Assembly: GCF_001194135.2 (NCBI RefSeq)
Contig: NC_068990.1
Span: forward strand, 19,101,812-19,143,601
Length of the DNA: 41,790 nt
Origin: Octopus bimaculoides
Lineage: Eukaryota
Direction of reading: 5' to 3'
Below are positions 38,985 through 41,790 of this stretch, piece after piece. Under the pieces are notes generated by a model, which did not search any database, had not been told where the DNA came from, and saw only the letters and a program-made list of their open reading frames with translations. A program made the position numbers and the translations under genes. How positions within the stretch are numbered: the stretch's first letter is position 1; each line of letters opens with the position of its first letter.

Positions 38985-39380
38985 TTCACACAGCCTTGGT
39001 CACGTGTGTCCGGCTGCTATTTCTTTTCGTTCTTGGAATCACCAAGCTCGCACGTACTTCTTTGCCCCTCCTGTACGTGCTTCACAGCGTTCAAGACATA
39101 CACACTTCACGTCTGGCTGTAAAGCCTTTGTGTTTGTTTATTTCACCGTTTCGTTTTCCTGTCTTGTTTTCCGTCCGCCACTAACCTCCCCGAAAACAAT
39201 TTAATTTGTGTTCGTGGGAAGAACCATTTTAACGATGCGTACTGCCTTAATTCTTCGAAACGCCGGAGTTTTAATGGTGGCAGCTGATGAAGGGGATGTT
39301 TCGATGTGGCCTGCTTGTTTGTTGCACCTTGTTTACCATTTTGTCCTTGTTCTTTTGCCACATCGTGTACCTAGTTATGT
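38985..39380 (+). ncRNA. Hammerhead-ribozyme-like structured repeat (Penelope pseudo-LTR/retrozyme-like), partly degenerate
   Basis: UCCCC-GAAA (39187-95); ACG-AUG-CGU-A (39232-41) directly followed by CUGCC (39242-46); GGCAG-CUGAUGA-A-GGGGA (39279-96); 9-bp inverted pair CGATGTGGC (39302) / GCCACATCG (39357). Confidence 0.6.
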
Positions 39381-39480
39381 ACCTATATGAACCTGTAAAT
39401 GAAGGTATATACATATATGTACATATATATATATACATATACTAATATATTGTTTATATATATATATACACATACATAAG

Positions 39481-39642
39481 ATGGGCGTCTTTCAGTTTCC
39501 GTCTACCAAATCCACTCACAAGGCTTTAGTCGACCCGAGGCTATAGAAGACACTTGCTCAAGATGTCACGCAGTTGGACTGAACCCGGATGCATGTGGTT
39601 GATACGGAAGCTACTTACCACACAGCCACTCCTGCGCCTATG
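39481..39642 (-). mobile_element. SINE family B 5' half (inverted relative to the adjacent tail)
   Basis: Revcomp: GGCGCAGGAGTGGCTGTGTGGTAAGTAGCTTCC...CCGGGTTCAGTCCAACTGCGTGACATCTTGAGCAAGTGTCTTCT...GGTAGACGGAAACTGAAAGACGCCC. Confidence 0.88.
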
Positions 39643-39663
39643 AAAAATGCAGGCAGGGTCTAA

Positions 39664-39861
39664 GTTTGCCCCTCCCTACGATCGCTTGACAACTGATACT
39701 GGTGCGTTTACGTCCCCGCAAGGCAGTGGTTTGGCAAAAGTGCCCGATACAATAAGTACTAGGCTTACAAAGAATAAGTCCTCGGGTTGATCTGCTCGAC
39801 TAAAGGCGGTGCTCCAGCATGGCCGCAGTCAAATGACTGAAACAAATAAATGAGTAAAAGA
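39664..39861 (+). mobile_element. SINE family B 3' half
   Basis: ATCGCTTGACAACTGATACTGGTGCGTTTACGTCCCCG...AATAAGTACTAGGCTTACAAAGAATAAGTCC...GGCCGCAGTCAAATGACTGAAACAAATAAA; matches 19825-19915 (revcomp) and 1770-1985. Confidence 0.88.
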
Positions 39862-41174
39862 ATATATATTCACGTTAAGTATTCAGGTTATATAGATGGT
39901 TATATGTATAATTGCATTTGTATACAGAAACGCATATACACTCACGCAAACACACACACAGACACATATACAGACTCACAATTAATATGCATACATGTAT
40001 TTATACTGAAACATAAAGACAGAATATGAAAGAAAGATAAGCCCTATGTGTCACGGAGGAAATGCACTACAGATTTTCTTCAATGTTTATTATAGCTCAT
40101 ATGTCACTTTCAGTTATTAACAAGGATGCTGAAAATGGCAATCATATTGACTTTGATTGCATACATGGTTACGACGTCTGATTTAGGAGTAGAAATTAAA
40201 CGTCAATAAAATAAGATGAGATAGGTTTTGTCAATAATATATTGCAGCATGCTCTTATCTGTCAAAAGCTGAGGTAAATTATATCAAAGATATAATTGAA
40301 TGGTTATATAGTTTTCGTACGATTTATATTCTGTATGAATGGAAAAAAGTCTATGAAAATGTTATGGCATATTGAATAATTTTCTCCACTGTTTTTCTTT
40401 CTATGAAAACAATAAAAAATCTAGTAAATATTTGCTATATACTTGCTGATTATTACTTTTTCATAGAGAAATTAACATGCGTGTATACATGTACATATAT
40501 ATGCTGATTTACATGCGTCGCATATACATATGGGCGTCTATACCTGTCAACGACGATGCTTCATGTCTACATGACAATATCTATATTATCGTCAACTAGT
40601 CTTGTAAGTTTTTTTTTTTTTTTGCAATTGCAATAATAATCAACATGCAGAGAAGAAAATAATTAAATGTAGAAAACAACAAAGTTAATAACCGTTAATG
40701 CACATAGAACACAAACACACACACGCATACATACATACATACATACATACATACATACATACATACATAAATAAATAAATACATACGTACATATATACAC
40801 ACATGCATGAATATATACATGCATACACACATGCATGCATATATATTCACTCATGTGTGTGTGCACGTGTGGGTGTTTGTATTCGTGTGGTGTATAAGTT
40901 TGCGTGTTACTTATATATGGATATATAGGGACCTATATATATATATATATATNNNNNNNNNNNNNNNNNNNNNNNNNNNNNNNNNNNNNNNNNNNNNNNN
41001 NNNNNNNNNNNNNNNNNNNNNNNNNNNNNNNNNNNNNNNNNNNAACAGAGAGAATACAAGGAGAAAAAAGTTAAACGAAAGCAGACCAAATGGAAAAGTA
41101 GGCGAAATCTGAACGGACGGGAAATTAGAGAAAAGCAGGATACACGGAACATTCGCAGCTGAGTGTACACACAC

Positions 41175-41229
<55 letters not shown>

Positions 41230-41575
41230 TATATACATATTTCTAGATGTGTATATGAGTATTATTGTGTGCGTATATATGTAGATAAAAAACAAACGCT
41301 CGCACATATTTTCAGTCGCGTACTCTGCAGACATTTTGCAAACAAATGAAAGACAGCACAAAACACATGTGTAAGATTAGCTGAATATAGATTCTTCTTA
41401 TATAAGATATTCATTTTTGTTTTTCTGTCTTGTGTGTATCGAAATTATTCCTCCACAAGTTTTTCTTTACGCTGAAATAGACAAAACAGTTTGTAATTCT
41501 AGATTGGATTATAACTTCGGATTACCATTTCCAATTACATGATCTATTTCATGTTATGTAAATTTGTATGTACAT

Positions 41576-41625
<50 letters not shown>

Positions 41626-41790
41626 CTATATATATATATATATATTTATATATATACACACACATATATATACGTCTGTATATATATATATATCTATATA
41701 TATTAAAATGAGAATGTGTGTCTGTCTGTCTGTGTGTGTGAATCCCTAAAACTCGAGAACTACGCAACCAATTTCATTCAAATTTTACAC

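Overview
AT-rich, microsatellite-dense, gappy (14 N-runs) eukaryotic intronic/intergenic DNA. The repeat landscape (tRNA-derived SINEs with internal TA/CA tracts, abundant Tc1/mariner relics) points to an octopus-type cephalopod genome; this is inferred from recalled repeat consensus, not a search. No intact protein-coding gene can be supported: the long ORFs in the track are N-run or microsatellite artefacts. Supported content: three SINE families in about 15 pieces; two decayed DD37D (maT-type) transposons, one with TIRs and TA TSD; a near full-length dead DD41D (rosa/VS-type) element with ~50-bp TIRs; a mariner end fragment; a hAT-type MITE; a 181-bp fold-back palindrome. The most interesting signals are two GC-richer structured islands with hammerhead-ribozyme core motifs (11.4 kb and 39.2 kb, Penelope pseudo-LTR/retrozyme-like), a pair of ~270-290-bp inverted repeats (26272-28386) that enclose a candidate 39-nt micro-exon, a SINE with twin-priming-like 5' inversion geometry, and a 552-bp-period direct repeat between two gaps.
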